64,000 nt of DNA from Perkinsus chesapeaki ATCC PRA-425 (Eukaryota > Protista > Perkinsozoa). This document shows, one piece after another, positions 61,001 to 64,000 of this stretch. Each line of letters starts with the position of its first letter. Positions within the stretch are counted from its first letter, which is position 1. The DNA lies in contig JAAPAO010000007.1 of the NCBI GenBank assembly GCA_013115145.1, positions 1 through 64,000 of the forward strand, in the 5' to 3' direction. The translations under genes and the position numbers were made by a program. Below the pieces are notes generated by a model. The model worked only from the letters and a program-made list of their open reading frames with translations, searched no databases and was not told where the DNA came from.

Positions 61001-64000
61001 ACAGCGCGCGAAGGAACGAATAGATACCGAGCTTGCAAGGTTAGCAAATTCAAGGCTGCTCACTGCTCCGGCGAACCGCGCAACAGAGGCAACGCTCATG
61101 GCGCTACCACAGCGTGCAACTGCCCTGATGGAAAGGGAGCTGCTGAGGGTAGTGCACGCTATAACCGAGAGCTTGTAAACAGAGCCAACTCGTGCTAGAC
61201 CAAGAACGGAAATACCACTTCCTAACCGAGACGCTCCTCTGAGCGACAGTGTACTTCCAAGAGTGCTGAAGTCTAGTAGCGTCATCTTGGACCCTAAGCG
61301 GGCGAAAGTACGCAGTGAGACAGAAGACGCTAGCGTGCTGCCAGCAAGCACCGATATGGCACCTGCTACCCTAACGAAGGATGCCACCGACACGCTGCTA
61401 CCAAACCGGGAGAGACTCCTCACAGACAGAGCACTTCCAAAGTTTATCAAGTCCAAAGCAGACAGCTTCGATCCGAGACGGGCATAACTTCTCAGTGATA
61501 AGCTGCTCCCGAGGCTTGCCATGCCTAGCACGGAGGCTGCACTAGAAAGCCGAGCAAAGTTGCGCAATGAGAGAGAGCTTCCCAAATGGGTAGATCCTAT
61601 TGCCGAGAGGGCAGCGCCAAGGCGGCATAAACCAACTGCAGAAATGCCACTTCCCATTCTGACGCAGGACCGGATCGACATAGCGCTACCGAAGGCGACG
61701 CAGTCCAAGACGGACATCTTCCCGGAGAGCCTAGCAGCCGAACGGATCGAGAGTGAAGACCCGAAGGAGGCATCAGCGATAACCGAGAGCTTGTAGAGCG
61801 AACCGATCCGCGTTAGGCCATGAACCGATACACCGCTACCAAACCTAGCTACGCCACGTAGGGACAGTGAGCTGCCAAGTAGAGCATGTTCGAGGACAGT
61901 TGCGGAGCTTCCTAGACGCGTGAAAGATCGCAGCGAAAGACTCGATCCGAAGTGAGCTTGCCCAACTGTGGAGAGACAGGCTCCCAAATTGGAGGAACTC
62001 TTCGCCGACAGGGTGCTGCCGAATCTGGCTACCGATCTGCAAGAAAGACTGGAACCTAGAGAAAGGTTATCCAACACGCTCAGCTTAGATGCCAGCCTGG
62101 CGAATGACCTAAGTGAGATCGTAGAACCCAGGCTGCTCAATGATACGACAGAAAGGCTGGAGCCGGTACGCAGCAGGCCAAGTAACGAGAGGTCACAGCC
62201 CATGCGAGTGAACTGCCGAACTGATAGAGAACTGCCCAAGTGAGTGAAGCCGATGGTGGATATCTTATAGATTGACCCTATCCTGGCGAGACCAAGGACA
62301 GAAACACCACTACCTAGTCGAGTCATCGATCTTACAGACAGGCTGCTACCCAGGACGGCAAAGTCGACCAGAGTCAAGTCGCTTCCTAAGCGTGCGAAAG
62401 ACCTCAGCGAAAGGGCGGAGCCGAAGTGGACGCTATCAAAGACTGATACTTGGCTACCAAAGCTTGCGGCGGAAAAAGCGGACATGACGCTACCAAACCT
62501 TGCCGCCGACCTCAAAGAAAGCGAGCTTGCCAGGCCAACAAAATCGAAGACCGAATAGCAGCTGCCGAACCTAGCATAGCTCCGCACAGATAGGCTGCTG
62601 CCAAGGTGAACTTCATCAAGTACAGAGAGAGCCGCTCCAACGCGAGACTGGGAGATAATCGACAGTCCGCTGCCGAGCCTGATAAAGCTCCTCAAAGACA
62701 AGCTGCTACCGATGGCAGTAGAATCGAGAACAGTTAGCGACGAACTGAATCGCGCGAAAGACCTCAGCGAGAGCGAGGACCCGAAGCTGCTTTGACCGAC
62801 CAGCGACATGGATGACCCCATGTAGCAGAACGATCGGAGAGAGAGCGTGCTACCGAATTCTGCCGAATCTAGTATAGACGTCTTGCTGCCGAGCCTAGCA
62901 AACGACCTCAAAGAGAGGCTCGAACCGAAGAGGCCTCCAGCGATTACAGACAATTTATAAACCGAGCCGATTCGGGCAAGACCAGTTACAGATAAGCCAC
63001 TCCCGAAGCGAGCAACCGCGTGTAGTGACAACGAGCTCCCAAGTCCACAAGCGTCCAATACAGTCAAGCTCGCACCGAGTTGAGTGGAAGATAGAGCAGA
63101 GAGTGTGCTGCCAAATCGACTGAATGACCTCAGAGACAGCGAACTGGCTAGCTGAGAGGATGCAATCACCGACAGCTTGTAAACGGAGCCAACGCGTGCG
63201 AGGCCGTAAGCACTGATACCGCTACCGAATCGAGCTACGCTCCTCAGAGACAAGGAGCTGCCTAAGCCCACTGTGGCGAGGACAGTTAGGCTGGAGCCTA
63301 GTCGAGTCGAACCAAGAACAGACTGGGAACTACCAAACCTCATGAAGCTCCTGAGAGAGAGCGAGCTTCCAAGCAAAGCACCATCCAAGGCAGACAGACC
63401 GCTACCGAGGAAGCCACTGAGTGCTGCAGAGAGCGAGCTACCAGCTCTACAGAGGGACCGTACTGATAGAGAGCTACCAAGCTGCGCGTACCCAATGACC
63501 GAAGCCTTGGAGCCTAGGCGAGCAAAGGATCGGAGAGACAGAGAAGACCCGAATGCGGTACCGTCCAGAACGCTAGTGGACGAGCCCAGACGTGCAGCTG
63601 ATGCCGCGGAAAGGGTGCTTCCAAAACGCACGAGGGAACGCAAGGACAGCGAGCTGCCACAGGTTACGTGGTCTAGAACGGTAAGAGACGAACCTACTCT
63701 TGCAAGACCAACGGTAGACACCGCCGATCCGAGTCGAGCTATAGCCCGCAAGGACAAGGAGCTCCCGAGAGTGGTGAAGTCAAGAACGGATAGCTTGGAG
63801 CCAAACCTTGCGAGTGACCGAAGCGATAACGATGACCCACAAGTAGTTGCATCCAGAACGCTCATGGTGCCAGACAAGACGCTATCGCCGAACACCGATA
63901 CTGAGCTTCCTAGGCGGGCAAACGAGCGCAAAGATAAAGTGCTACCGAAATTGGTCATGCCAATCACGGAGAGTTCCGCGAGTGACTCAACTCGGAGCAC
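33478..64000 (-). CDS. Giant (>10,000 aa) Ser/Leu/Gly-rich 12-aa-repeat protein with C-terminal peptidase S74 intramolecular chaperone domain; 5' end lies beyond the window
   Basis: Exons are >64000-34204, 34113-33893, 33817-33704 and 33624-33478, all with GT-AG introns and in frame, giving about 10,090 codons in the window. The ORF is uninterrupted for 29.8 kb. Confidence 0.92.
34260..64000 (-). repeat. Coding repeat array of about 820 degenerate 36-bp (12-aa) units
   Basis: Consensus G-S-x-L-S-[LVI]-x-[SGD]-x-x-x-[LFV]. GSSLSLRSFARL recurs every 2-4 units. Confidence 0.9.

Noticed and set aside
34218-62487. Dozens of plus-strand and alternate-frame ORFs (e.g. 51306-52448, 42942-43658)
   Set aside because: They are shadows of the repetitive minus-strand coding frame (RRAKLL/ELP patterns are the reverse complement of SLSLRSFARLG). 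They are fragmented by stops and have no independent motifs.
63998-64000. Start codon of the giant ORF as given in the ORF track
   Set aside because: It is a GTG at the window boundary in mid-repeat. The true start lies outside the window.

Overview
Gene-dense, intron-rich eukaryotic DNA with short GT-AG introns, most likely from a Perkinsus-like myzozoan alveolate (inference). The first ~31.5 kb holds mostly housekeeping genes. These are a tandem pair of ATP-type phosphofructokinases, an M6PR/ATG27-like receptor, an RRM+R3H protein with a tRNA-Ser(AGA) in one intron, a FYVE protein, RPS21 followed by a duplicated four-member snoRNA cluster, two intronless DEDDy exonucleases, a Rieske/FAD oxidoreductase, a UDP-glucuronate 4-epimerase-like enzyme, AP-2 mu and a RING-CH ligase. 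The last ~30.5 kb is one minus-strand gene that is open at the window edge. A single exon of at least 29.8 kb encodes roughly 820 degenerate 12-aa repeats (GSSLSLRSFARL-type). Three small spliced exons then add a phage-tail-fibre/MYRF-type intramolecular chaperone autocleavage (peptidase S74) domain, TTT|SDRRLKRDI...FGFIAQ, which the ORF track misses. This predicts a >10,000-aa self-cleaving trimeric beta-helical fibre and is the main candidate novel system. All gene models, alignments and rRNA targets were worked out by eye or recalled from memory and need computational confirmation.
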